64,000 nt of DNA, taken from Balanoglossus misakiensis. Taxonomy: Eukaryota; Animalia; Hemichordata. The notes beneath the pieces were generated by a model, which saw nothing but the letters and a program-made list of their open reading frames with translations, did not search any database and was not told the origin of the DNA. Below are positions 36,861 through 50,073 of the stretch, in pieces (within the stretch, counting starts at the first letter, position 1; every line of letters starts with the position of its first letter). The position numbers and the translations under genes were made by a program. The DNA is taken from NCBI GenBank assembly GCA_040954595.2, contig CM082579.2, forward strand, positions 15,290,550-15,354,549. The letters are read 5' to 3'.

Positions 36861-39800
36861 GACATAATATTCCATTACATAGTTCCATAACTCCAAGTGT
36901 CAAGGATGTATCTGTGCCGGATGCCAAGATATAGGAATGTAGGTCAAAGTTTACCCAAGATCACCCAAAAGTTTGTCAAAAGATTTTGACCCCAGAGTTG
37001 TCCATGTCCAGGTTACCACATCCACTAGAATAAGATATGCACATATTTAATGAGGTTACCATAGCTCAAGGGGGTCTTTAATTAACCATCAACATTTAGT
37101 TTCATATTAATGCATGTTAATATAATACACTGTATCTATAACCCTACTGGTAAGCCTAGAATTAGGTACATGCGAAAGTTTTTGACAAGATAGATAAGTT
37201 GTAAAATATGTACATGAACCTGACAATTGACTTAAAATAACATAAGGCAGACTTGATACTTATCGGAGATAGATACTAATAACAACAGTGATGTTAATTA
37301 CACCGGGAATGTTTGTCTTATTATAGCTACATGTAAAAGACTGCTTGAGGTAATGTAATTAAAGTGACCACTTGCGATTCACCTTCAAAGTGCTATGCAA
37401 GTCTACGGTACATTGTTTTTCCAATGATTGGACAAAGGATATTCATAATGTGTAATTAAGGCTGGATAGCATTTTCAATGTAATAAGCCCTGCCTTCACT
37501 ATAATCTTACGCCAAATCAACATTGTTCAATTTATGTTAATAATTTCACTAAGGGATACTTGTTACATCAAATTTCCCAGCAAGGGGTGTCAGATTATTG
37601 GGCAAGTGGCATGCATGACACTAGACGATACTTTTGGAAGCAAAGCGGACAGAACACGGCTGGATATAGACTAGGTAATTCTGAATGTGACCATGAACTG
37701 TACCACAGACTCTGTATTGTATGTTTCTGAAGAATCCCATTTAACCCAGACATCAACATACTTCAACCTTGTAAGAAGTAGAACATACATGATTTACTAG
37801 TAAATATTTGCTAGCTTATTACACACTTTGGATTACACAAAAATAGGTGTGTACACCGCTGTGACATTGCCAAGCAGATATGACCTACCAGGTAACCTAA
37901 TACAATTTCACAGGAATCGGAGTATTTTCAGTGAAAACAACATTTCTTCAACAATGACAAAAACTGCCTCAACCACAAAAATTCAGATATCAACAAATCC
38001 AACAATATCTCACTTCAATCACCACAAGGAACATGCCTACCAAAATTGAAAGCAATTTGACATGCGGTTTCAAAGAATACAAATTGCAAAAATTGCCTCA
38101 AGACCACAAATATGCAAATTTCACCAAAATGATATACAACATTACTTGGGTTACCTCATGGAACAAGCAAACCAAAATTTAAATGCAACCTGACCTGACA
38201 TGGAGTTTCAGAGAAAATGATTTTTGACCGAAAATGACAAAATTATATTTCCCAAAAATTACAAATTTTGCCACAATTTAAACAATACTAACAAAGATTA
38301 CCTATAGGAAATAGCATACTAAATTCTAGATACAATTCACGATATTAGCTGAAAGTATATCAGGCGTGACATAAGCTACATGCATACAAATGTTCAAAGC
38401 AATCTGACCAGTTGTTGAGTTTCTGAGTTTTGATCAATTTCACATTGCTCCAGGTAATTAGCATATTTCATTTGAACAGGCGTGCCTGCATCTAAAAACC
38501 CAATATCAAGACTTACCACACAGACTCTGTATTGTATGTTTCTGGAGTAATCAAATAAAACCAATCATGAAAATACTTCAACCTTCTTAATATGAACAAA
38601 ATCCTATTTACAGGCTGGCCTACATCTACACACCAAATATCAAGGGGATACGCGAAGGGGTTTTCAAGTTTTTGATGTGGACAGACATACATACATCCAT
38701 ACATACTACATACACACATACAGAGGCAACTGACTGGTCAGAAGGCATGAGCAAAAATGCAGGAAATCAATGTTGTGACACTGGTAGTAGGCCTTAATGT
38801 ATACAATATCAAGACAGTTTATTTAACATGAAGTTTGATATGTTCATAATCATTCAGAGCTAAGCATATTTTGAAATTGTAAAATTAATATCAATCACAT
38901 GAAAACTGACAGCATGCTTTCATTTGGGAATTTAGGTATTGTAATTAACACTAACAGTCATGAAACTATTGAATCGTCAATAAAATCATACAGTAGAAAT
39001 TAATGGGTTTTCTATTTATATGCGATGTGAAAATGCAACTTGTGGTCCTTCGGCCAGTAAGAGGCATCAGATAATATTGTAAGACCCAGTTGCCCAATTG
39101 ATTAGACCTACATGTATGCGCTGTGTGAAGCGCAAGTTATGGCAACTGAATTCACAGGACACTGAAGAAGGTGGAATCACTCAAGGTACATATGTATACA
39201 TGTAGGCTAACAATCACAACACAGAGAATAGTTCTCCATATTCATTTTTAATACGATAAGATTCACTGAATTGGCGCATCCATGGGCAGGCAAGGTTAGT
39301 TCCAACTCAGTTTGCAAATCAGGCCCATGTATCTTGTTCCCTGAGACTGTCTGCTTCTAATAATAGCTGTAAGAACATAATCGTTGACCGAATGGTTGGT
39401 TCAATTTTGCGACATTTTATGATTTCAAGCTGTGCAATATTTGCAACTCAGTTTCAACTTTGGTTGGAGGGATGATGATGAAGCAATTTCACTGACAAAA
39501 TAGCACTACTAACTGACGTCAATATTTGTTCAAAGTTAAATGCATTGCCATCAGAAAAATGTATACGAAAAGTTTCGTATGTGAATAATAACACTTTTTC
39601 GCATAACTGCAAACCCTGTCACAGTTGTGAAATTCTAAGAAAATTCATTCATTAGGTAGAATTCGTGCTTTATGAATTCTTAAACAAACTTAGTCATGAA
39701 ACCTAAATGGTTACCTTACACATGTGGAGGCTCGACTTCTGTGATATGATAGTCTTTAATTAATGTGTATGTGATTCCATACAAATCCATATGATTACCT

Positions 39801-40446
39801 GAACATACAAAATAAATTAAAAATAAATACATAAATTAAAAATAAATAAGTATCTCATACATATGCATACGTGCTTGTGAGAAGTATATCATATATCTAA
39901 ATAAACCTGTCATTTATTGACCTCATTTTCCCAGTAAACCAAAGGACTAAATTGCACTTTAATATTACAGCTTCATTTCAATGCAACAGGTACACTACAT
40001 CATAAGGGAACAAATATGCCAGCTCAACATTTATATAAACAGTGTCAAAATATAAGTGGCTACAAAAGCTTGTGTCCCTTCAATCCATTCTCCCACTCAG
40101 GTCAAACGTGTTACATATTAAAATTGCAATGTGCATAATATACAATTAGTCTTTTGTAAATTCAGACTGAGAAAATATGACTGATAAACATTATCTGGCA
40201 CATGTTGGTGAATGGCTGGCGTTGATGTTGTGGGTTGAAATCCGAACTATGATTATCGCGGGTACAAATCACATTTATTTTCTCAGAGACAACACGTTTG
40301 CAACTTCGGGACAGAAAGGTGAAAACGAACGTCATTAGTTCTTGGGAAAAAACTCTGAAATCAATTTCGGTGAGGTCAAATGTGTTCCAAAGGCAAACCG
40401 TTTCTGGTAAACAAATCAATGGCAAATAGTTACTTCGGCGACTTAC

Positions 40447-40660
40447 CAATCAATCAACATGGCTGCCAAATCGTTGGATATCCCGGTTTCATCTCGCGAT
40501 CATTCTATCTTCCGATATGGCGTTGCTTGGTTAAATTCGTCTCTTCTTTGCCGACATAGTCGGGCGACAGCGGTCCAGAAGCATATACAGCGACGCCATC
40601 TTGTTTACAATGTGAAGTATCAACTGCGCATGCTCAATGGTTGTTGATTGGAAAGTGGGC
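40447..40660 (-). promoter_or_regulatory. Promoter-like inner end of the left arm with a degenerate first exon, pointing outward
   Basis: CCAAT, TGCGCATGC (NRF1-like) and aacaagATGGCG (YY1/Kozak-like, ATG 40599), then MASLYMLLDRCRPTMSAKKRRI* and donor GATTG|gtaagt at 40447. Confidence 0.5.
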
Positions 40661-41110
40661 AGAGCCTGCAAGATCCAGGGTTCGCTTGACCGGCCAAACG
40701 CGGTTATTCTCCCTGGACCAAATCATTTAAGCGTCAGGCGTAATACATCACATAATTGACTGGAAAACTAAACAGTCTTCCACCTATATATCAACACAGT
40801 TTATTAAACCAGCACCCGCGCAAATATTTACAAGTATATGATTAAAATTGATCAAATCATTAATCGCACGGTTACAGCTGTCATAGTTTCTAATAATATT
40901 ATTCACTGGTAGCGCTGACATACCATGTTGAAACTTGTCGCGGAAAACAAGATAATTGATCTTACGGTGTCATTTGTTTTTAAAAAGTGCTTAATAACTA
41001 TTGATCCCATTGATATATTTTTCCATATTTATATATTTTTCGCAAAGTTTGACTGCTTGGGCTACTAATAGCATGGTAATCACAATGGATTTACCACCTC
41101 CCAGCTGCGT

Positions 41111-41117
41111 TATAAAA
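41111..41117 (+). promoter_or_regulatory. TATA box of the spacer gene
   Basis: TATAAAA ~60 bp upstream of ATG 41170. Confidence 0.5.
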
Positions 41118-41169
41118 GAATGCCTATTCTGTGGACACTAGCCTCATCGAAGACCGAACGTGTTCATCG

Positions 41170-41268
41170 ATGTTTCCATTCATGACGAACTCCAATGCAG
41201 GCGTCGCAGTCATTCTGGCTTTCACGCTGTGGGCACCTCTGGTGACAGCAATTCCCAACAAGTTGCGG
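41170..41268 (+). CDS. Signal-peptide exon of a secreted-protein gene in the palindrome spacer
   Basis: MFPFMTNSNAGVAVILAFTLWAPLVTA-IPNKLR has a hydrophobic core and a V-T-A cleavage motif; donor CGG|gtaagt (phase 0). Confidence 0.7.
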
Positions 41269-41495
41269 GTAAGTAATCACACAACCTATATGAGTGAAAG
41301 TTTCTTGTCATTTTCGCAACGTCAAGGTTGATATTCTCTTCTTGGATCCAAAATGTGTGACACAACAAATGAATCTGCGTGGCAGGGTCGGCTGTGTCTT
41401 TTGCTTCGAGGCATAGTCGTCAGACACACATCCCTAACACGCGAAGCCAGCTTATCCTTTGATCAAATGGCAGCGCTATTCTAAATATTTTACAG

Positions 41496-41568
41496 CATGC
41501 CCTAAAGGACAAACACGTGCCGCTGGAAGAGGCCAAAACTCAGCAGAGACGGCAAGATGTTAACGGAG
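41496..41568 (+). CDS. Exon 2 (charged pro-segment)
   Basis: ttttacag|CAT...GGAG|gtgagc; phase 0-1; HALKDKHVPLEEAKTQQRRQDVNG is in frame with exon 1. Confidence 0.65.
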
Positions 41569-42116
41569 GTGAGCCCCAACAATAAATTAATATTGTTCCT
41601 TTTATTTAGAAAACGCCGCATAATTAGCCAACCAATCATGGTTATGAGAAACCTCCAAAATACAATGTATCGATATTTACTGCATCTGTTCATACTTCGC
41701 CCGCGCTTTAAAAACCCTATAGCTGCTAAAATTGGCATATTTTTTTCCAGAGTAAAATACTTCATATGTATATTCCCTATTCCCTAAAATCTTCACCCGT
41801 GACCATTAAGCCATATTACTTGCATTTGCATTGGTTTGTCATCACTTGGCGTCGCATTTCACGTTAGCTGCTTAGCTGCTATTGTTTGTATGAAGGCTGA
41901 TTAAATCGGTGAGGCACCGTTTTAATACATAGCATGTTCCAATTGCAACATGCAGTCACAATCGGGCATCGATAAGATGTTTATGTATACCTATCAGTAA
42001 GCTTATTTTGATGAACCAATTTAAGTTGGAAAATAAAATCATGAAAATAATGCAAAAAGTGGCAGCTTTGGAGGCTTTAAACTACAGTTCTCCCAAATTG
42101 TCTTGACTAAATGACA

Positions 42117-42261
42117 TACATGTGGTCAAAAGTTCTGACTGCAGAAGAGGTTGCAGCTGTGGCGGGGGACTGTTCAATTGGAGGAAATATATTTACATGG
42201 AATACAGACAATATTGAAATGGCAGCAGAAATAGTTCCTACTGAAAAGAATGCTATCTGCA
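42117..42261 (+). pseudogene. 5'-truncated pentraxin-domain exon
   Basis: YMWSKVLTAEEVAAVAGDCSIGGNIFTWNTD..NAIC is a pentraxin C-terminus (mW..vLt.eev......C...Gni..W); donor A|gtgagt (phase 1). The upstream part is replaced by arm-type repeat (41760-42080 resembles 35380-35660). Confidence 0.75.
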
Positions 42262-43152
42262 GTGAGTATCACAACTTTAAAATGAAAGATTTTGCAAATT
42301 TAAAAAAAATATTGAGTGTTTTGACATGCGTCAGTGGTCAGTAACACACAAGCTGCATGATAAGAGGGTCACGAGAAATTGTAAGCCGCAATGTATAATG
42401 GATTAACTCCATGACCTATGCGACCTACGAACTGTGACGTACAGAATTTATTTCTACGTGTAATGCGGTCTGCGGCAGTGCGCCACAGACCGCATTGCGA
42501 GAGCAGTGAGAATTCACCACAATGCAAACTTTCTGAACGTAGGTTGATCTTCGAATGAAATATTACCTTGTCACCAGTTTTCCACATGGCTACACTGTAA
42601 AATTGGGTGACGTGTTCGTTCACAAGTGGAATAATTGTGAGTAGTAAAGCACGCGAAGTTAAGCAACGAGCACGTTTTGAAATGCGCGCAGATGATCCCA
42701 GTTTAGCAAATTCAGGCCATTGCGTGCATGCAAAAAAAATAATACTGTACCGGGGGTGAGCCTACTTTCTTTCCATACAGATACACGTATATGTTGGTTA
42801 AGGTATGTGACAAACAGTTTTCATGTAACAGCCAGTGATGCTGACCATAAAACCAGCGCAGCTGATGCTTTCATCTACAATTTGCAACATGGACGTTTGT
42901 GTCTCTGCATGTGTCGTGCATGTTACTGCTGAACAAAAAAGATATGCGGGCACCACAGGCTGGTGAAAGCGGTGCTCACGTGCTCTGCAAGCTGATGTTG
43001 TCACTAAATTGGCAAAGTATTGTACACATGGAGGAGTTTCTTGAGCTGTCTGCTGTATAAATGTCGGTTGTGAGTACATTATTTTTTATTTTATTTTAAT
43101 AATTTTCAAAGCCCCTATGATTGAAGCATATTATTACGACTCATCCGTTCAT

Positions 43153-43200
43153 CATTCATTCATTCATTCATTCATTCATTCATTCATTCATTCATCCATT
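43153..43200. repeat. (CATT)n microsatellite
   Basis: Directly visible. Confidence 0.95.
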
Positions 43201-45694
43201 CAGTCAGTCACTGTACCAATTGAAGACGCCCTTGTATAGGAGGATTTAGCTATGTACTGACTGTCTTTTCATTTTTTCTTCATCCTATAGAATCTACCGA
43301 CCTGGTCGCTGTCAATAACAATTCAACTCCTTAAACATCCTGTGTGTGTGAAGTCTATGAACACTGGCCATGCATTTCAATTCAAGGACAAAATGAATGC
43401 GCAATATTTCGTTTTATCGAGAGTAATGTGCAGTGATTAAATTTGCTAGGGCTCTCTTAGCAGATTTGGAGTTAGTCATTTTGGTAGAAACTTTTCGAGA
43501 TGGGAAATCTTTGGTCATCTAACCAAGTTATTTGTATTTTTGTTATATAAGACAGAGTCATTTCTATATCATAGATGCAAGTTTAATTTATAACATGAAT
43601 TTGAATAAAATATTTTTTTTTAAATATCACCACATGAATTTGAATAAAATATTTTTTTTTAAATATCACCAGATTGAAATCTTTGGAAGTTTGCACTTAG
43701 AGGGATGGCATGGCAGTTTTCCACTGTTCATATTACAAAGAATTTGGCGTCACGTGTAGATTTCATGAGTGTTCGAGTTTTGCTCTTCCCAGCCTCGTAC
43801 CCACAATCCTCTGATACTTACACTTACGTCAGTTCTATAGCCGCTGACCCACTAGATTCTCCTTATGAATTGCCCAAATTATTTTTTGGTATAGTTTTGA
43901 TAGTTAGTGCACGGAAACTTTTGATCGATTCACGAAATTCAAAATATGTTACATCACAAACCTCATAAAATGGAGGCTAGAGTAGCCTGTTTGTTTTCAG
44001 GTAATTTTACAATTACCTCAATTACCTTTTTTCGAGGGAGGGGGTTAAGAAAACATACAGATTGAAATAACAAGGAAGTGGTATATCAAACCGAAACCTT
44101 ATCTCAATCGTGATTCTAAAGTGTTTCCATGTCATGTGACATCCACAAAAATGTGGTATTATCTTGAAAAGAGTCCCGATTTCCCAAACTGGTTTTGCGA
44201 ATGTACTTCACTTTGGAGCAATGCATGAGTACATTCGTAGAAAGATATTGCTCCACTATTTACTGACACTCCTCTTGTACTGCAAATATTACTGCATTCT
44301 GTCAGGGCAAGACAAAAGACACAGCAGAACTGCCAGAATTAAAACAGACAACTGGCAATTTCAATAAACATGTAATAACAAATATATGTAACATTGAATG
44401 AGGTGTCCATACAGCTTGGTCATTTAAAGACCTCCAGTCATTGTGACAATGCATAAATATTTATGTACACCATGTTAAAAATTAGTTCAGGCATACCTTA
44501 TACATGTATGTTTTTGACTGACCATATCCTCAGCACGCCCTTTTTTTCAAAAAGACTATCATTATTCTCTGCCAGGCAGAGAGTTGCCGCTTTCTTGTTA
44601 ACAATAATATACTATTATAACATTGCATAGATTCCTGTTTGTTTCTGTCCATATCTCACAAACTGTGGTGTGCATACTGTTGAAATGACCTCAAGAAGAA
44701 AATGCCAAATGGAAAAATATTTGACATACTAACCTGTATGATAATGTTATACGGTACAATATATTTAACGGTTCCAATCCAATATTGAGAACTAACAAAA
44801 CAATTTGAGCAGAATTATTTAAAATTAATTGCAGTTCCGTTTCACCGCATTTCATAGGATGCTGGCTAAAATTCATACTATGGTGGATTACCTGTTATGC
44901 ATTTCTTTCCCTATTTCGTCTGGCAGATTTGAGTTTGACAAGCTGTCATTTTCCTTTCAGCTCCGCAAAATTGATGGATTTACTTTGACAGCACACAGAC
45001 TGTCCATTTGTCATCGGAGATACAAGCAGCATCAGGTGCTGAACAGCTTGCAGCAGTGTTGGAAAAGAGTACACAACACTAACTTGCAAGAGTGCTTTGG
45101 CCCTTTCTTCACACTGTCCGAAACTTGTTGTGTTACATCATTGCTTAATGAATAAGAAATACACAGGTATTTAGCGTTCTATTCAATACCTACAATAGAT
45201 AAAAGGGTGTCGGTCTGTATGCGACAATCTTCAATGTTCTTATGAGCACAAGGCTTTATTCAGGGAACGTTTTACAGTAAGAATTATATGATATAAACTG
45301 AATAAGTTTGTTGTCTGTCAACTCTTCTGTCTTTGTCTTACCGATACGGTTCTAACCGCGAACACTGAGGCTTCTCTGCTCGTACACAGTATAAATCAAT
45401 GGATGATAAAATGCGCCCTCTTTTGGTGAACTCTTCCTACCGCCCGACCTTCTACCTTACATTAAGGCATGTAGGGCGGTCAGGTAGATGGCAGTGTATT
45501 GCAAGCGTCTCTTGCATATTTTTTTCCGCCAGGAATGGCATACATTCGTTTTTGGCGACACCACAACTGCTGGAACTTCTCGAAAAATTGAGAGCCGGAT
45601 TTCATAAATGCTCATGTTTTCCGAAGGGCTGAAAGAAGATCCAGAGTGGAATATTTAAATTTGCCTGTGGCAGACATCATAGTGGCTGCCAGTT

Positions 45695-45890
45695 ATTCTA
45701 TTTCTTGTGCAAGAGATAGTATCTTGTTCCAGCGAGATGTTTTCTCGTGTGCACGAGAAACATGCTATCTCGTGCATATCTCGTGCGCACGAGAAAATTG
45801 CGAGCGCACTCGTGTTCACGAGAAAATATCACATGCACACGTAAGTCGTGCGCACGAGATAAAAAAATGTGCCCTGTAGTCTTTCTTAGG
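45695..45890. repeat. Small MITE-like element built from palindromic TCTCGTGCGCACGAGA motifs
   Basis: Multiple exact and degenerate copies of ctcgtg(c/t)gcacgag within ~190 bp. Confidence 0.6.
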
Positions 45891-48576
45891 ACATGGTAGC
45901 GTGACGTCGCATTGTAATTAACGGACGATCTTGGAAATTCGGCTATTAATGGTGAATGGACTTTCGCCTCCTTCGAACAACAACAGAGACTGACGTCGCA
46001 ACAATGACAGAAAAAGTGAAGCAAATGGCCGACAAAACGAAGAGAATCGGAAAACGGGCAGGATCCTCGGCACAGACATCTGGGAATAATACCACCGCAT
46101 CAAATAGAACGACGAGTAGTGCAGGACAAACCGCCACCAGTGACTATGACAACAAGTCTGAAGGCGATGCTGGCGAACCCTTGCACAATACAACTACAGT
46201 CCTACAGAGAAATGCAGCCCAGCGCCACTCAAGATTTTCCATTCCTGGTCTGGCAGCAGCCAAAATATGTTGTTGTTTTTTCTCTTAGAAGCGACCTCAG
46301 TCTGAGCTGCATGAGAATAAACTGTAGGTTGGGAATACAACAAAAAAACACGCAGGCTGCGGTCAACACGTAGCTATTAGTTTCGGTTTTATGTTCGCTA
46401 CAGCTCGGAAACCAAAATGTGGTACAACTTCAAGCTACATAAACTGGAAAGCATAGTACGTGCAGAGCAGACCATGGTGACGAAAGCAGGTATTCTAGGT
46501 CGTAAGATAAAAACACGGCGCTAGAAAAACAGTCATCAAAAGTTGCACGTGTTCCCCGGCCACAAATAATGTAATTGTTGGCGCACAGAAAGTCCAGTCG
46601 ATAAACGTTTACGCTATAGAAACTCACTCTCTCAGCAAAAGTCTGACACCCTCGTCAATGACAAAACGCAAACCGAGCTGGGTATGATCAAGTCAAACAT
46701 AGGGCCAATCCCCACTCTGTGTTTTATTATTTTCCACATACGATGGTTCTAAATAAAAATGTACCTATTTGAAATGCTTACCGATGTAAGATCATTGAAA
46801 GTTTTCAAACGTTGATGACAAATGTATAACTGATTTTTTACAAATGAATAATCGCGCACTTGCATGTTATTTTCTCTATACCAGACACCGCGCGCGCGCC
46901 GTTGGCAAAAAAAAAAAACGCGGAAAATTATTGAGCATGCGCAGTCGATACTTCACATTGTAAACAAGATGGCGTCGCTACCTATGCTTCTGGACCGCTG
47001 TCGCCTGACTATGTCGGCAAAGAAGAGACGAATTTAACCATGCAACGCCATATCGGAAGACAGAATGATCGCGAGATGAAACCGGGCTATCCAACGATTA
47101 GGCAGCCATGTTGACTGATTGGTATGTCGCCGAAGTAATTATTTGCCATTGATTTGTTTACCAGAAACGGTTTGCCTTTGGAACACATTTGGCCTCACCG
47201 AAATTGATTTCAGAGGTTTTTGCCCAAAAACTAATGACGTTCGTTTTCACCTGAGTGCGAGGATGGATTGAAGGGACACAAGCTTTTGTAGCCACCAATA
47301 TTTTGACACTCTTTATATCAATGTTGAGCTGGCATATTTGCTCCAATATGATGTAGTGTACCTGTTGCATTGAAATGAAGCTGTAATAATATTACAGTGC
47401 AATCTAGTCCTTTGGGTTAATAGGAAAACGAGGTCAATAAATGACAGGTTTATTTAAATACAGGATATATTTATCACAAGCACTTATGCATATGTATGAG
47501 ATACTTATTTATTTTTAATTTATTTTTTATTTTTTATTTATTTTGTACGTTCAGGTAATCATATGGATTTGTATGGAATCACATACACATTAATTGAAGA
47601 CTATCATATCACAGAAGTCGAGCCGCCAGATGTGTAAGGTAACCATTTAGGTTTCATGACTAAGTTTGTTTAAGAATTCATAAAGCTACCCAATGAATGA
47701 ATTTCCTTAAAATTTCACAAATGTGACAGAGTTTGCAGTTGTGCAAGAAAGTGTGTATTATTCACATAAGAATTTTTTCGTATGCATTTTTCTGATGGCA
47801 ATGCATTTGACTGTAAACAAATATGGATGTCAGTTAGTAGTGCTATTTTGTCAGTGAAATGGCTTCATCATCATCCCTCCAACCAAAGTTGAAACAGAGT
47901 TGCAAATATTGCACAGCTTGAAATCATAAAATGTTGCAAAATTGAACCAACCCTTTGGTCAACGATTATGTTCTTACAGCTATTATTAGAACCAGACAGT
48001 CTCAGGGAACAAGAGACATGGGCCTGATTTGCAAGTTGAGTTAGAACTGCCTTTGCCTGCCCACGGACGCCCCAATTTCAGCAAAAATTATTGCATTAAA
48101 ATATGAGTATGGAGAACTATGCTCTGTGTTTCTTTTGTTAGCTTACATAGCTGTTGTCATTCTAGTTTTTCCTCCGTCCTGTGAGCAGAGTTTCAGTTGC
48201 GAAAACCGACAGTTCTCAAAGTACAAAAGTACACCTAAATTGCCTCGGTGATGAGCATGCAGAATTTATCTGATGCTTCTTACTGGCAGAAGGACCCCAC
48301 TAGTTGCAGATTGTGAATTCCATGGCACAAGGGAATTTACGCTTTGCGTTCAAATATAAATAATTAAATCCTGTAAAATTATTCTATATGTTATTTATTG
48401 ATGATTCAAAAGTGTTATGACTGATTGTGTTAGAGTACCTGTATTCCATATAAGCATGCTGTCAGTGCACATCCGATTGATAACAATTTCACATTTTTAA
48501 AAATTTGCTTCTCTGAATAATTATGAATACATAAAACTTCATATGATATAAATTGTCCTGATATCGTAAACATTAA

Positions 48577-49031
48577 ACCCCGATGCGTGGTATAAAAGAC
48601 CCCCCAAATCAGTGGCGAATCTTAATGCCGTTTGACTGACAACAGACAACACCAACGATCTTGGCTCTAACGATCTTGGCTCTATGAAAATCGGCCCAAA
48701 CAGATCCAAGCATAAAGAATTACACCACACAACGACAGTGGTTGGCTTTATAAACACACACAACATAAAGTTATCGATGAAAAAGTACACGAGCTTTTGA
48801 AACAACGATGATTTTGGGAGAAATCTGGTTTCAGTGCTTTTCAGAAGCATCCCTGGGAAACAATAACCACGCCATTCAAACAGCTGTCAATCGCATAGAG
48901 GTGTAAAGTGTTCAATTATTTTCTATGTACATGAGATCAATTACACAGTTATTATGCACGACGACCACTCCCAAATAAACAACTGTACAAACACACGTTA
49001 ATCCGAACCCCAGTACTTTCCGCACCGGGGT
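48577..49031. mobile_element. TTAA-targeting MITE (piggyBac-like), right arm only
   Basis: TTAA|accccgatgcg...cgcaccggggt|TTAA; empty site taggccTTAAtgta at ~38790 in the left arm. Confidence 0.88.
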
Positions 49032-50073
49032 TTAAGGCCTAATGCTAGTGTCATAACATTGATTACCAGACCGTTTCCCTATGTATGTATGTATGTATGT
49101 ATGTATGTATGTATGTATGTATGCAGCCATGTATGCATGTGTTTGTGTGTGTGTACATGTGTGTATGCATGTTACATGTATATATGGATGTATTTCTGCC
49201 CTGATCCAAAACATGAAACCACGCTTTTAAATAACCTGTGAAATATGTGGAATTGATCAAAACTCAACAACTGGTTAGACTGCTTTGAACATTTGTATGC
49301 ATGTAGGTAATGTCATCATACCTGATATACTTTGAGTTTATATCGTGAATTGTCTATTTTTCATGCAATTATTTTGTCTTGTTTTACCATTTGAAAAAAA
49401 ATCTTTTCCTCTTAAAGAGATTGGCTGATTTCTTTAGAATTTAGTATGACACTTCCGGTAGGTGATCTTAGTTGGTTTTGTTTAAATTGTCGCAGAATTT
49501 GTAATCTGTCATTTTTGGTCAAAATTCATTTTCTGAGAAACTCCTTAGATTGCTTTTAAATTTTGGTATGCTTGTTCCAAGAGGTAACCCAAGTAATGTT
49601 GTATATCATTTTGGTGACATTTACATATTGTGGTCTTGGGGCAATTTTTGCAATTTGTATTCTTTGAAACTACTAGTCAGATTGCTTTCAACTTTGGTAG
49701 GCGTGGTGATTGAAGTAGATATTATACAATTTGTTGATAGTTGGATAGATGTGGTTTGAGGCAGTTTTTGTCATTGTTGAATGTTGTTTTCCCTAAAATA
49801 CTTGTCTGGTTCCTTTGAAATGTTCTTACAGAAGGTCATATCTGCTTGCCAATGTCACATGATTTTTCCCATGAACACAGACATACCTAATTTTGTGTAA
49901 TCCCCAGATGGGACCACAGTGTGTAATAACCTGACCAACAGTGACTAGTATATCCTGTGTGTTATACAGTACTTCTCACAAGGTTGAAGTACATGTAGAC
50001 TGTTGATGATTTTTTGCGATTCTTCAGAAACTTACAATACAGAGTCTAATGTGGTAACGTCCATGGTCACATT

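Larger units (their letters stand above)
29480..40640 (-). repeat. Left arm of the ~27-kb palindrome
   Basis: Collinear reverse-complement matches: 29480-30380/56160-56930, 30380-30900/55065-55680, 31734-32070/54725-55060, 32640-32856/53950-54180, 35200-37700/51465-53950, 37700-38460/49240-50070, 38790-40080/47270-48575, 40310-40640/46930-47250. Confidence 0.93.
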
